From positions 1,903 to 65,902 of the forward strand of contig CBIHLH010000002.1 in NCBI GenBank assembly GCA_966210405.1: a DNA stretch of 64,000 bases, in the 5' to 3' direction. Of this stretch, positions 50,611 through 61,339 are shown piece after piece. The DNA is from an uncultured Marinobacter sp. (GTDB taxonomy: Bacteria; Pseudomonadota; Gammaproteobacteria; Pseudomonadales; Oleiphilaceae). The notes beneath the pieces were generated by a model. That model was not told the origin of the DNA. It searched no databases and saw only the letters and a list, made by a program, of their open reading frames with translations. The stretch's first letter is position 1. The number at the start of each line of letters is the position of its first letter. The translations under genes were made by a program, and so were the position numbers.

Positions 50611-52004
50611 GTTGTCTGCCTGCGCTCAAGTTCGGCAATCAGCTTGCCATGAATGCCGCCGAAGCCGCCGTTGCTCATGATCACAATATGGCCACGCCCG
50701 GGCAGTTCCGCCAGTACGCCGTCGATCAGCGCCTGAACGGTGGATTCGACACGGTGCCGGGCCGAGCCGGGGTGGCCGTCGTGCCAGGCAGCCACGAGGG
50801 TAGGTAGCCAGTCCAGCTCATTAAGGTTGGCCCACAATACCTGGTCGGCAGCGTCGGCGCTCGGCAGCAGGGTTTGCTGGTGAGCGCCCTGCCTCATGGT
50901 ATTGGACCGGGGCTCAATCAGCGCCAGGATCGGCTCCTCACCCACCTGATGGCGCAAACCCTCCAGTGTTGTGGCGATGGCGGTAGGGTGATGGGCAAAG
51001 TCATCGTACACCTTCACGCCCCCCACTTCGGCCAGGAGCTCCATCCGTCGTTTGACGCCAGAGAACCGGCTCAGGGCCGCAACCGCGTGATCCGGCGTCA
51101 CGCCAACGTGCCTGGCTGCCGCAATGGCGGACAGGGCATTACGGACGTTGTGCCGGCCGGTCTGGCTCCAGCTCACCGTGGCCACGGGCTGCTCATGATG
51201 GACGACCATGAAACGACTGCCATCGTCTGCCAGCAGTTCCGCCCGCCAGTCGGCCATGCGCGGGGTTTCGCTGCCAATGGCGGTATCCTGCACCGGGCTC
51301 CAGCAGCCCAGGTTGAGCGCGCTATCCAGATGGGTATCGACCGCTGGCCGGATAATCAGCCCCTGGGAGGGCACCGTCCGGACCAGATGATGGACCTGTC
51401 GCTCAATGGCCTCGACATTGTCGAATATGTCGGCGTGGTCGAACTCCAGGTTGTTCAGGATCAGCGTGTGGGGCCGGTAATGAATGAACTTGGAGCGCTT
51501 GTCAAAGAAGGCGCTGTCGTACTCGTCGGCTTCAATAACAAAAAAATCACTATTCCCCAGGCGGGCCGACACCGGGAAATCCCTGGGCACGCCACCCACC
51601 AGGTACCCCGGTTCGAATCCGGCCTGCTCCAGAATCCACAACAGCATCGCGGTGGTGGTGGTTTTGCCGTGGGTTCCGGCCACTGCCAGCACCCAGCGAT
51701 GACGCAACACCTCGCGGGCCAGCCATTCGGGGCCGGACATGTAATCGATGTTGCGGTTCAGAACCGCCTCAACCTCGGCATTGCCCCGGGACATGGCGTT
51801 GCCGATCAGTACCAGGTCCGGCTTTGGCTCCAGATTCTCCGGGCGGTAACCTTCCACAAGGCCAATGCCCTGGGCTTCCAACTGGGTGCTCATGGGCGGG
51901 TAAACGCCCTGATCGGAGCCGGTTACGGTATGGCCCAGCTCTCGGGCCAGCACCGCCAGGCTGCCCATAAAGGTGCCGCAGATTCCCAGGATATGAATGT
52001 GCAT
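50607..52004 (-). CDS. mpl: Murein peptide ligase
   Basis: HILGICGTFMG, GTHGKTTT, EADEYDSAFFDKRSKF, DDFAHHPTA. Confidence 0.96.
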   Translation of the reverse strand: MHIHILGICGTFMGSLAVLARELGHTVTGSDQGVYPPMSTQLEAQGIGLVEGYRPENLEPKPDLVLIGNAMSRGNAEVEAVLNRNIDYMSGPEWLAREVLRHRWVLAVAGTHGKTTTTAMLLWILEQAGFEPGYLVGGVPRDFPVSARLGNSDFFVIEADEYDSAFFDKRSKFIHYRPHTLILNNLEFDHADIFDNVEAIERQVHHLVRTVPSQGLIIRPAVDTHLDSALNLGCWSPVQDTAIGSETPRMADWRAELLADDGSRFMVVHHEQPVATVSWSQTGRHNVRNALSAIAAARHVGVTPDHAVAALSRFSGVKRRMELLAEVGGVKVYDDFAHHPTAIATTLEGLRHQVGEEPILALIEPRSNTMRQGAHQQTLLPSADAADQVLWANLNELDWLPTLVAAWHDGHPGSARHRVESTVQALIDGVLAELPGRGHIVIMSNGGFGGIHGKLIAELERRQTT

Positions 52005-52159
52005 TCGGCGTCCGCTCTGTTGATTGAAACCCGACAAGCCTCCCGTATCCGCCCCGGGCCGTCAAGAGCCCGGCCATCCGCAAAGCTGCTCATGAAAATC
52101 GGCGGCGATTGGCGTATCATCTGCGCCATTATCGAACCAGCAGGAGGCTCCAGCCCGAG

Positions 52160-53422
52160 ATGGCCATCAAGAACGCATTCTACGCCCAGTCCGGCGGTGT
52201 TACCGCCGTCATTAACGCCAGCGCCTGCGGGCTGATCCAGACCGCCCGCAAGCACCCGGACAAAATCGGTAAGGTCTACGCCGGGCGCAATGGCATTATC
52301 GGGGCCCTGAAAGAGGAACTGATCGATACCAGCCATGAAAGCGACGACGCCATCCAGGCGCTGATCCACACCCCGGGGGGCGCCTTCGGCTCCTGCCGCC
52401 ACAAGCTGAAGAACATTTCCGAGAACCGTCGCGAATACGAGCGCCTGATTGAAGTGTTCCAGGCTCACGATATCGGCTATTTCTTCTACAACGGCGGCGG
52501 GGATTCCCAGGACACCGCCTACAAGGTTTCGCAGATTGCCGACAAGATGGGCTACCCCATTACCTGCATCGGCGTTCCCAAGACCGTGGACAATGACCTG
52601 CCCTTTACCGACTGCTGCCCGGGGTTCGGCTCGGTGGCCAAGTACATCGCCACCTCCACCCTGGAAGCCAGCCTGGACATCAAATCCATGTGTGAAACCT
52701 CCACCAAGGTCTTCATCCTTGAAGTGATGGGCCGCCACGCAGGTTGGATTGCGGCATCCGGTGGCCTGGCCGGCCAGGGTGAAGGCGAACCCCCACACAT
52801 TATCCTGTTCCCGGAAATACCGTTTGACCGGGAGACCTTCCTGGCTCGGGTCGATCACTGCGTGAAAGAGTATGGCTACTGCGTGGTGGTGGCCTCGGAG
52901 GGCGCCCAGTACGAAGACGGCCGCTTTCTCGCCGACGCCGGCGCCAAGGACGCTTTCGGCCACACCCAACTGGGCGGCGTTGCGCCGGCGCTGGCCAACA
53001 TGGTCCGGCAGGCCCTGGGTCACAAATATCACTGGGCGGTCGCCGATTACCTCCAGCGCAGCGCCCGGCACATTGCCTCAGCCACCGATGTGGAACAGGC
53101 CTACGCCGTTGGCCGGGCAGCCGTGGAAATGGCAATCGACGGCAAGCAGGCCCTGATGCCGACCATCGTGCGGGAACAGGCCAAACCCTACCGCTGGAAG
53201 ATCGGAGAAGCCCCGCTCAGCGAGGTGGCCAATCAGGAAAAGAAGATGCCCATTCACTACATCACGGACGATGGCTTTGGCATTACCCAGGATTGCCGCG
53301 ATTATCTGGAGCCGCTGATTTACGGGGAGAGCTTTCCGCCCTTCGACAACGGCCTGCCCCGGGTGGCCAGGCTGAAAAACCAACTTGTTGAGAAAAAGCT
53401 GAAGACCGAATTCAGGCTTTGA
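52160..53422 (+). CDS. 6-phosphofructokinase, probably PPi-dependent
   Basis: AQSGGVTAVIN, NGGGDS, PKTVDND, EVMGRHAGW. Confidence 0.88.
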   Translation: MAIKNAFYAQSGGVTAVINASACGLIQTARKHPDKIGKVYAGRNGIIGALKEELIDTSHESDDAIQALIHTPGGAFGSCRHKLKNISENRREYERLIEVFQAHDIGYFFYNGGGDSQDTAYKVSQIADKMGYPITCIGVPKTVDNDLPFTDCCPGFGSVAKYIATSTLEASLDIKSMCETSTKVFILEVMGRHAGWIAASGGLAGQGEGEPPHIILFPEIPFDRETFLARVDHCVKEYGYCVVVASEGAQYEDGRFLADAGAKDAFGHTQLGGVAPALANMVRQALGHKYHWAVADYLQRSARHIASATDVEQAYAVGRAAVEMAIDGKQALMPTIVREQAKPYRWKIGEAPLSEVANQEKKMPIHYITDDGFGITQDCRDYLEPLIYGESFPPFDNGLPRVARLKNQLVEKKLKTEFRL

Positions 53423-53654
53423 GCTCACGCACGTAAGTGCGGAACTGATCAAACCCGCCGACATACCGGTCGCCGACAAGGATCTGCGGCACGGTATGCA
53501 CCGGCTGGCCGATTCTGGCCGCAATGTCCTGCTTGCTCATGTTCTGCTCAATCATATCGATCCAGCGGTAGGGAATGTTTCTGGTCTCACACAGATTCTT
53601 TGCCATCAGACAGAATCCGCAACTTGCACGACCGTATATGGTCACCTGGTCCAT
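53412..53654 (-). CDS. Glutaredoxin (GrxA-like)
   Basis: CGFC active site, TVPQI, VGGFD. Confidence 0.88.
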   Translation of the reverse strand: MDQVTIYGRASCGFCLMAKNLCETRNIPYRWIDMIEQNMSKQDIAARIGQPVHTVPQILVGDRYVGGFDQFRTYVRELKA

Positions 53655-53817
53655 AAAAAATCTCCCGAGAGCAGTGTTATCCGATGGCGGAACACGGGGG
53701 TTGTTGAATGGTCCCAATCTTGGCACGGCGTGCCATGATTGAAAATTGAAGCTTTGAATGACGGCCATAGTCTGACCGGGAACAGTCGGCATGGCCATGG
53801 TGTTTACAGCGTGGTGA

Positions 53818-55944
53818 TCAGGTTTTCAGACGACTCAGCTCCCGCTCCAGCACCTGAACCTGGCCATCCAGGGTCTGGCCACTGCCCTTGACCCGGCGAG
53901 CCAGCTCCCGGAGATCGCTGGCCGCATCGCCGATCTGAGTCAGGTTGCGGTTGATTTCCTCACTGACGGAACTCTGCTCCTCGGCAGCCGTGGCCACCTG
54001 GGTTACATGTTCGACGATGGTGCTGATGCGATCCACCACGGTCGCCAGCGAATGATCGGCTTCCCGGGTGCCTTCCACCGCCGAATTGGCCCGGCCGACA
54101 CCGGCCTGGATGACGGAAACCGCGCCGTTGACGTCCTGCTTCAGGCCATCAATCATCTCGCTGATTTCATCCGTGGATTGCCGGGTACGGGAGGCGAGCG
54201 TGCGAACCTCGTCGGCAACCACGGCAAAGCCGCGGCCCTGCTCACCCGCCCGGGCCGCCTCGATAGCCGCGTTCAGCGCCAGCAGGTTGGTCTGCTCGGC
54301 AACGCCACGAATCACATCGAGAATACGGTTGATATCCTCGCTCCGACTGGCGACATGGCCGATGGCGGTGCTGGCCTGATTCATCTCATTGGACACCGCA
54401 CCCACTTCGTCAACGGCGGCGGTCAGGGCACCCTGGGTAAAACGAATACCGTCCTGGGCCATACGGGCATTCTCGGCCGCCTCACCGGCAAACCCGGCAA
54501 CCTCCCCGGCCGCCGCGGACATTTCATTCATGGCGGTGACCACGCTGTCGATGTCCTGCTGCTGACGCCCGGTCTGCTCATCGGTCTCAACCGCAATGCG
54601 ACCGACATCCGTCGCCTGCTCCTGCACCCGGGCGTTGACGCCTTTCAGATCACTGATCATTTCCCGCAGGCGTCCCAGGAAGGCATTGAAGCCACCGGCC
54701 AGATCAATCAGCTCGGCGTGGGTATCGATAGTCAGTTCCCGGGTCAGGTCTCCCTCGGCACTGGCCAGATTCTGCATACGGTCGCGGATCTGGTTCAGCG
54801 GTCGGGTCACCGAACGCACCAGCACCACCAGCACCGCAATCGCCAGTAACACCACCGTGATTCCGACCACCGTCTGTCGTGTGGCCGTGGCCGCGACTTC
54901 CTCCGACAACATGCCGGTAATGCCAGCCACCTGGGCCAGCGCCGCCGCCCGGGGCAACTCGATCAGCAACGACCACTCGGTGTCCGGCAGATTGATGTCG
55001 ACCGGGTAGGACACCGCCAGTGTCTCGCCGTTGTCGAACGTACGATCCCCCTGGTGCAGACCGGCCAGCTCATCCGCCAGATCCGGCAGCGCTTCCTGTA
55101 AGGGTCGGCCCAGATGTTCCTGATAGTGACTGGAGGCGGCGATCAGCCCCTTCTTGCTCAGCAGCGTCACCCGCGACTGGCCCTCAAACAACTGTTGGCT
55201 GACCGTGGCGATGGTCTTCTGCAGCGTGGACAGGTTGATGTCCGCCCCCACCACGCCGGCGAAAGCGCCATCGTCGAGAATCGGGACCACCAGGCTGGTC
55301 ATCAGCTCGGAATAGCCTTCCTCAATTTCGTATTCATAGGGCTCCATAATGCAGGGCTTCAGCGTATCCCGGGAGCAGAGGTACCATTCGGCTTCGCGAA
55401 TGCCGAATTCGTTGCGCTGGTCCAGGTACTTGGTCGCCGGATCTTCCGTACGGCTGAACACAACCTCGCCCTCGGGATCCCGGTAGTAATAAATCTCCAG
55501 GGTACCCTCATCACTGCTGTGGTCTTCCACCCCACCGGTAAAGTAACGATCCTGACCATCGTAGGCATCGGGCTCAAACTGGGCATACAGGGAGCTCAGC
55601 CCCTTCTGTTCCGCCAGCACTGCACCAATGGTTTCCTGCAGGGCACTGCGGCTGATACGCCCGGAACTGTCGGACCGGATATTCCGCGTAATCACGTTAC
55701 GAACCACTTCCGGCGTGCGAAAGGCCGTGGCGAACTGGCCGCTGACCAGCTCGCCGTATTTGCCGGCAGTGGCGCTGAGCTGATCCATGACAATCCCCTT
55801 GACCGTATCCCGGGTCTGCGCCGTTAGCCGGTGTTCCATATCCCCCAGGGAAAGCTGGGCAGTCACCACAATACTGACTCCCATGACCAGAAGCAGGGCA
55901 ACCACCAGGGCATAAAGTTTGAAGCGAAGGGATAACTGTTTCAT
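53818..55944 (-). CDS. Methyl-accepting chemotaxis protein (Cache sensor, HAMP, MCP signal domain)
   Basis: Two TMs, [42 protein letters not shown]; start ATG 55944. Confidence 0.95.
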   Translation of the reverse strand: MKQLSLRFKLYALVVALLLVMGVSIVVTAQLSLGDMEHRLTAQTRDTVKGIVMDQLSATAGKYGELVSGQFATAFRTPEVVRNVITRNIRSDSSGRISRSALQETIGAVLAEQKGLSSLYAQFEPDAYDGQDRYFTGGVEDHSSDEGTLEIYYYRDPEGEVVFSRTEDPATKYLDQRNEFGIREAEWYLCSRDTLKPCIMEPYEYEIEEGYSELMTSLVVPILDDGAFAGVVGADINLSTLQKTIATVSQQLFEGQSRVTLLSKKGLIAASSHYQEHLGRPLQEALPDLADELAGLHQGDRTFDNGETLAVSYPVDINLPDTEWSLLIELPRAAALAQVAGITGMLSEEVAATATRQTVVGITVVLLAIAVLVVLVRSVTRPLNQIRDRMQNLASAEGDLTRELTIDTHAELIDLAGGFNAFLGRLREMISDLKGVNARVQEQATDVGRIAVETDEQTGRQQQDIDSVVTAMNEMSAAAGEVAGFAGEAAENARMAQDGIRFTQGALTAAVDEVGAVSNEMNQASTAIGHVASRSEDINRILDVIRGVAEQTNLLALNAAIEAARAGEQGRGFAVVADEVRTLASRTRQSTDEISEMIDGLKQDVNGAVSVIQAGVGRANSAVEGTREADHSLATVVDRISTIVEHVTQVATAAEEQSSVSEEINRNLTQIGDAASDLRELARRVKGSGQTLDGQVQVLERELSRLKT

Positions 55945-56010
55945 GCTGTGACGCAACCTGTGGGAGTTGGGAATGGGATATCGCACATATTCTGGAACAA
56001 GGAGTCCTGG

Positions 56011-56448
56011 GTGACCTACCTCACGCTGTTCCTGACCGCTTTCGCCGCCGCCACCATACTGCCCGCCTATTCGGAAATTCTGCTGGGCACCCTGGTAACC
56101 CAAGGCTATTCGCACCTGTGGCTATGGTTTTGGGCCACCCTGGGCAATACCCTGGGCTCCGTTGTTAATGGGGTTATCGGCCGGCAAGTGGATCGCTTTA
56201 AGGATAAACGCTGGTTTCCGGTGACGGAACTGCAGCTTCACAAGGCCCGGAACCGCTTCAACCGGTTCGGGCAGTGGTCGCTGTTGCTGGGCTGGCTGCC
56301 CCTGGGCGGCGACGCGCTGACCCTGGTGGGTGGCATCATGCGCGTGCCGTGGCTCAACTTCATCGTGCTGGTCGCGATTGGCAAAGGCCTGCGTTATGCC
56401 TTTGTGCTCTGGCTTGTCGCGGAGGTATCGGGCGTGTCATCGCCGTAG
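56011..56448 (+). CDS. YqaA/DedA (VTT) family membrane protein
   Basis: [28 protein letters not shown]; GTG start after AAGGAG. Confidence 0.85.
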   Translation: MTYLTLFLTAFAAATILPAYSEILLGTLVTQGYSHLWLWFWATLGNTLGSVVNGVIGRQVDRFKDKRWFPVTELQLHKARNRFNRFGQWSLLLGWLPLGGDALTLVGGIMRVPWLNFIVLVAIGKGLRYAFVLWLVAEVSGVSSP

Positions 56449-57833
56449 AGATACTTCCTCAACAACGGCTCACCGTTGAACTCCGAATGCAGCACGGCAA
56501 TAAAGGTATACACCCCGATCAGCTTACGGTTCAGGAACACAAACTCCTTGGGTGGCACCCGGAAGTAGCGGCTGATCGCGGAGCGGGCAGCCTGCCTAGC
56601 CACCCGTGACGGCAGGTCACTCTGCTTCCAGCGATACTGGCCCTGGCTGTTCACTGCGTATTCCGGCCAGGAAGCAGAGTCGCCCGACAGCGGCTCCAGT
56701 ACCGACATACACACCGAGCCGAAGGTTTCCAGCACCTCCTGCGGCCATTCGCGACTCATGAAGCGCAGCTCCACACCACCTTCGATCACCGCATGCAGGT
56801 CGTTTTCGTAGGAGGCACGGATCATCTGAATCACCGGTGCCAGAAAGGCATTCGTGTAGGACTGCACTGCGCCAAAATCCAGCAGCACGATACGGTCGGT
56901 GTCGGGATCCTCACCTTCCTCACCGGCAATGCGGATACGGTAGTTGCCAAAGTTCGGGTCGGTCTGCATTTCACCCCAGACAAACAGTTCCCGGAAGAAC
57001 AGTTCCAGGGCCGCCTCGCCCAGCGCACTGCGGCGCTCCAGGGGCAGGGCCCTGACCGCCGGAGCGCTCACCGAGTGGCCGTGCTCGTAGGTGGAGGCAA
57101 TGACGTGAGCGGACGAATATTCCGGCAGCACCCGCGGCACGATGAAGCGCGGATCGGAAGCCAGCATCCGCCGGAACTTTTCCGTGGTTTCGGCCTCCAG
57201 ACGGTAGTCCACCTCCCGGTGCATCATATTCCGGACCTCCTCGAGCCAGTCATTGAACTCCGGCCCGAAACTCACCAGCCGGGCCACTTTCAGCAACTGG
57301 GCCACGGCACTGAGATCGCTGTCCACCGCATCGGCCACGCCCGGGTATTGCACCTTCAGCACCAGCTCCAGGCCATCGCTGACGCGCTGGGCCCGGTGCA
57401 CCTGGCCCAGCGAGGCGGCGGCAATGGGCTCGGGATCGATCACCAGCTCCGCCAACCGGTCACTCCCCAGTTCCGATTGCAGCACCCGCTCAATGGCCGG
57501 CCATGCCAGGGACGCTGTCTGATCCTCCAGGGTATGGAGCGCCTCCGTGACTTCCGCCGGCAAGAAATGTTCGCCATACAGCGCCATAACCTGGCCTATT
57601 TTGACAACGCTGCCCTTGAGCTGCCCCAGCTCATCCACCAGGAACCGGGCCTGGCTGGACAACATGGCACGGTGGCGCTCATCTCGCTTTTCACGACTGC
57701 TGAACCAGTTGGTCGCCATATGGGATGCCATACGCGTGCCCGCGAACAGGCCGGCCCGGGTCAGGCTTAACCTGCGCTCAAAGCTACCGGTTTTGATACG
57801 GGAGACCGACGTTCTTGATCGTCTGGATGGCAT
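56394..57833 (-). CDS. ABC1/AarF/UbiB-family atypical kinase
   Basis: LKGSVVKIGQ, AAASLGQVHRA, KVQYPG, QTDPNFGN, LLDFG. Confidence 0.92.
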   Translation of the reverse strand: MPSRRSRTSVSRIKTGSFERRLSLTRAGLFAGTRMASHMATNWFSSREKRDERHRAMLSSQARFLVDELGQLKGSVVKIGQVMALYGEHFLPAEVTEALHTLEDQTASLAWPAIERVLQSELGSDRLAELVIDPEPIAAASLGQVHRAQRVSDGLELVLKVQYPGVADAVDSDLSAVAQLLKVARLVSFGPEFNDWLEEVRNMMHREVDYRLEAETTEKFRRMLASDPRFIVPRVLPEYSSAHVIASTYEHGHSVSAPAVRALPLERRSALGEAALELFFRELFVWGEMQTDPNFGNYRIRIAGEEGEDPDTDRIVLLDFGAVQSYTNAFLAPVIQMIRASYENDLHAVIEGGVELRFMSREWPQEVLETFGSVCMSVLEPLSGDSASWPEYAVNSQGQYRWKQSDLPSRVARQAARSAISRYFRVPPKEFVFLNRKLIGVYTFIAVLHSEFNGEPLLRKYLYGDDTPDTSATSQSTKA

Positions 57834-57911
57834 GAAAAACCTGTTCGGACCGGAAAATTTCACCGAGTTCGGCGGCATACCCCATTATACGGACTCATTC
57901 GCCATCGGGCC

Positions 57912-57996
57912 TAACCCAGGCGCCCCTCCGGCGCCGGCCTGCGGGCCAATGCGCCCGCGCGGGCGCCGGGATACATCTGTCATCGGCGCCTGGTTA
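57912..57996. repeat. GC-rich palindromic intergenic element
   Basis: Terminal TAACC(C)AGGCGCC / GGCGCCTGGTTA inverted repeat enclosing a perfect 16-bp palindrome GCGCCCGCGCGGGCGC (57951-57966). Confidence 0.55.
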
Positions 57997-58081
57997 CGAT
58001 TCTATACAGTTTCTCTCCGGGGAATCAGATTATCATAAAGTCGATTCACTGGATTTTCAGCGATTATCACAACAATAAGCC

Positions 58082-59179
58082 ATGATTATGTCGCAAATCG
58101 CACACAATACGCAGCTTCCGGAGCTGTCCCAGTACCGGGTAAAAGGTGAAATCCCGGTGCCCGTCCTCATTAACTGGCTGACTCTCGCGGCCGTCCCATT
58201 GCTGTGTTTTTTTGCCTGGCGCTCGAGTCTGCGCGGCGACCCGGTTACCCCACCCCTGCTGCTGACCTTTGGCGCCCTGCTGGCCGTCAATTTGCTTCTG
58301 TATCTGCTTACCGGCCAGAAAACGCTCCAACGGCGGGGCTTTATTACCCTGATTACCGCACTGTTCACTTACCTCGCCGTACAGGCAGTGGAAGACGGTT
58401 CAGCGATCATCTGGCTGTTTGCCTACCCCCCGATCATTTTCTATATCAGTGAGTCCCGGGTCGGCGTCATTGCCTGCTCAGGGGGTTTCGCCGGTGTGGT
58501 ACTGCTCTTCAGCCCGCTTGGTGACACGATTTTCAACGCGCCCTACACCACAAGCTTCCGGCTCACCATGGTGGCGGTGCTGGCGTTCGAAATGGCGACC
58601 TGCTACATCCTTGACCAGAGCCGCAGGCGTAGCAAGCTGGGCCTGCTGAAGTTGGCGGCCGACTTTGAATTTGCGGCCAAGCACGACGCCCTGACCGGGC
58701 TGGCAAACCGTCGGGAAGCCCTGGGACAACTGGATAGCGAGTACCAGCGCTTCCTCAGAAACGGCCGGCCTTTTTCGGTGCTGTTGCTCGACATCGACCT
58801 GTTCAAGAGCGTGAATGACAGCCACGGTCATCACGTCGGTGACGCGTTGATTGTTCTGGTGGCAACCACCTTACGGGAGCAGAGTCGCAAGGTGGATACC
58901 CTTGCGCGCTGGGGTGGTGAGGAATACCTGGTGTTACTGCCGGAAACCGACTCGGGTGAAGCCCTCAAGACCGCCAACCGGATTCGGGAGGCCATTGCCG
59001 CCAAATCCGTGACCACGGAACGGGTCACCGTGAGGGCCACAGTCAGCCTGGGCGTCGCCAGCATTCACGCTCAGGAATCCATCGACCGTTTGCTCCAGCG
59101 GGCCGACGAAGCTCTGTATCGCGCAAAAACCCTGGGCAGGAACCGCGCCTGCCGTTACGAGGCCGGGCCCGCTGCCTGA
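58082..59179 (+). CDS. Membrane-bound diguanylate cyclase (GGDEF)
   Basis: N-terminal TMs; [25 protein letters not shown], RxxD I-site (RKVD), RWGGEEY. Confidence 0.92.
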   Translation: MIMSQIAHNTQLPELSQYRVKGEIPVPVLINWLTLAAVPLLCFFAWRSSLRGDPVTPPLLLTFGALLAVNLLLYLLTGQKTLQRRGFITLITALFTYLAVQAVEDGSAIIWLFAYPPIIFYISESRVGVIACSGGFAGVVLLFSPLGDTIFNAPYTTSFRLTMVAVLAFEMATCYILDQSRRRSKLGLLKLAADFEFAAKHDALTGLANRREALGQLDSEYQRFLRNGRPFSVLLLDIDLFKSVNDSHGHHVGDALIVLVATTLREQSRKVDTLARWGGEEYLVLLPETDSGEALKTANRIREAIAAKSVTTERVTVRATVSLGVASIHAQESIDRLLQRADEALYRAKTLGRNRACRYEAGPAA

Positions 59180-59820
59180 CTTTCCCAGCCCCGCAGCCAC
59201 GTTACCTGGCTATCACCAAGCCCGCCCAGCAAGTGGGTAGCCAGCCGGTGCTCGATATCAGACACCTCGACGCCCGGCGCGAAATCGGCCACCTGGCAGA
59301 TCGGCATGCCAGCGTAACCACAGGGATTAATACGGGCGAAGGGCTCCAGGTCCATAGCGACATTCAGGGCCAGCCCATGGAACGAGCACCCGCGCCTGAC
59401 CCGGAGCCCCAGCGAGGCAATCTTGGCCCCTGCCACATACACTCCGGGCGCATCCCGCCGGGGTGCCGCCACGATATCGCGCTCTGCCAGCGTCCGGACA
59501 ATGCCCTGCTCGATGATGTCGACGAGGGTGCGCACACCCAGCTTGCGACGCGACAGATCGACCATCAGGTAAACCACCAACTGGCCCGGGCCGTGATAGG
59601 TTACCTGCCCTCCCCGGTCGACCGGAATCACCGGAATATCGCCAGGTGCCAGGATATGCTCGGCCTTACCGGCCTGCCCCTGGGTATAGACCCGGGGATG
59701 CTGCAGGCACCAGAGTTCGTCCGCCGACGCGTCATCCCGGCTGGCGGTGAAAGCCTTCATAGCCTCCCAGGTTTCCAGGTAGGGCTGCTCACCCAGTGAG
59801 CGAATAATCAGGTCCGGCAT
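59155..59820 (-). CDS. lipB: Octanoyltransferase
   Basis: [39 protein letters not shown]. Confidence 0.96.
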   Translation of the reverse strand: MPDLIIRSLGEQPYLETWEAMKAFTASRDDASADELWCLQHPRVYTQGQAGKAEHILAPGDIPVIPVDRGGQVTYHGPGQLVVYLMVDLSRRKLGVRTLVDIIEQGIVRTLAERDIVAAPRRDAPGVYVAGAKIASLGLRVRRGCSFHGLALNVAMDLEPFARINPCGYAGMPICQVADFAPGVEVSDIEHRLATHLLGGLGDSQVTWLRGWESQAAGPAS

Positions 59821-59825
59821 CGGCG

Positions 59826-60095
59826 TTACAGCACCATGTGCACACGGCCACTGGCCTTGAGGTCTTCAAACAGGGCCTTGAGCTGGGCCTCACCCGTGGC
59901 AACGATGGTCAGTTGAACCGATGAAAACCGCCCCTTGCTGCTCTCATTGACCGAAATATCGGATTCCGATAGCCCCGGCGCGTGCTGCTCAACGACCGCC
60001 GCCACAAAGTCAGTGAAGTCCGGTGCCGCATCGCCGATGACCTTGATCACATAGTCACAGGGAAACTCGATTTTTGGTGCTTTCGGCTCACTCAT
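59826..60095 (-). CDS. ybeD: UPF0250 protein YbeD
   Basis: [22 protein letters not shown]; lies between dacA and lipB. Confidence 0.9.
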   Translation of the reverse strand: MSEPKAPKIEFPCDYVIKVIGDAAPDFTDFVAAVVEQHAPGLSESDISVNESSKGRFSSVQLTIVATGEAQLKALFEDLKASGRVHMVL

Positions 60096-60126
60096 GCCGC
60101 GTTACTCCCGGGGACCTGGGTCGCCC

Positions 60127-61305
60127 TCACTGAAACAACTGAAAGAAAAACAGCTTGATGGCATCCCATATACGCTTGAAGAAGCCGCCCTCGGGGACAT
60201 CGGTGAGTGCCAGCACCGGCTGGTCAACCAGAACCTCACCGTTCAGCGAAACCTTCACACGCCCCAGCTCGTCGCCCACCTTGATGGGTGCCTTGATCAC
60301 CGAATCAAGGTCCACCGTCGATTCAAGGCTGCTGCGGGAGCCACGCGGAATGGTGACGTAGACATCGTCGATCAGACCAATGGACAGCTGATCGGCTTTA
60401 CCGCCCCACACACGGGCCTCCACCAGCTCTTCGCCGGTACTGAACAAACGCTCGCTGGTGTAGTAACGGAAGCCGTAGTTCAGCATTTTCTGAACTTCCT
60501 GAGCCCGGGCCTGAGTACTGCTGGTGCCCATGACCACGGCAATAAAACGGGTGCCCTCCCGTTCAGCGGACGCCACCAGACAGTAGCCTGCCGCCTCGGT
60601 ATGACCGGTTTTCAGGCCGTCGACGGTGTCGTCACGCCACAGCAGGCTGTTGCGGTTCGGTTGGCGGATGTTGTTATACGTGAAGTGCTTCTGGGCATAG
60701 AGCCCGTAGTTTTCCGGGTAATGATTGATAATGGCCCGGGCGAGAATGGCCAGATCGTAGGCCGTTGAGAAATGCCCTTCAGCAGGCAGACCGGTGGCGT
60801 TCTGGAACCGGGTATCCTTCATGCCAAGAATCTCGGCCTGCTGGTTCATGATATCCACGAAGGCCCCTTCACTACCCGCTATGAACTCGGCCAGAGCAAC
60901 CGAGGCATCGTTACCGGACTGGATGATCACCCCCTTGAGCAGGTCCGCCACCGAAACACTGGTGCCCTCACGAACAAAGGTCCTTGATCCTCCGGTTTTC
61001 CAGGCGTTGACACTGATCGGCACCATGTCCGACATGGATATACGGCCCTCATCCAGCTCCCGCTCCACAATGTACGCCGTCATCATTTTGGTCAGGCTGG
61101 CGGGGGGGAGCCGCTCATGGCTGTTCTCCTCCATGAGGATTCGGCCACTCTTGGGATCCATCAGGACATAGGAACTGCCGGCGATCTGAGGTGGCGACGG
61201 GATCAGTATCGCCTGGGACATGACTTTGCCTGACAGCGCGAGCGTCAGCACAAAGACCGTAAAGAGGGTGCGAAACACAGAGTTTAAAGCCATAGGTCCA
61301 TTCAT
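60127..61305 (-). CDS. dacA: D-alanyl-D-alanine carboxypeptidase (PBP5/6)
   Basis: PASLTKMM (SxxK), SGN, KTGHT. Confidence 0.94.
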   Translation of the reverse strand: MNGPMALNSVFRTLFTVFVLTLALSGKVMSQAILIPSPPQIAGSSYVLMDPKSGRILMEENSHERLPPASLTKMMTAYIVERELDEGRISMSDMVPISVNAWKTGGSRTFVREGTSVSVADLLKGVIIQSGNDASVALAEFIAGSEGAFVDIMNQQAEILGMKDTRFQNATGLPAEGHFSTAYDLAILARAIINHYPENYGLYAQKHFTYNNIRQPNRNSLLWRDDTVDGLKTGHTEAAGYCLVASAEREGTRFIAVVMGTSSTQARAQEVQKMLNYGFRYYTSERLFSTGEELVEARVWGGKADQLSIGLIDDVYVTIPRGSRSSLESTVDLDSVIKAPIKVGDELGRVKVSLNGEVLVDQPVLALTDVPEGGFFKRIWDAIKLFFFQLFQ

Positions 61306-61339
61306 TCGTCGGAGGTGTATTTTGTCATGGTTCGGGTAA

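Noticed and set aside
56394-56448. 55-nt convergent overlap of YqaA and the ABC1 kinase, plus similar short overlaps at pfk/grx and GGDEF/lipB
   Set aside because: Only low-complexity C-terminal tails overlap, which is common in compact genomes.
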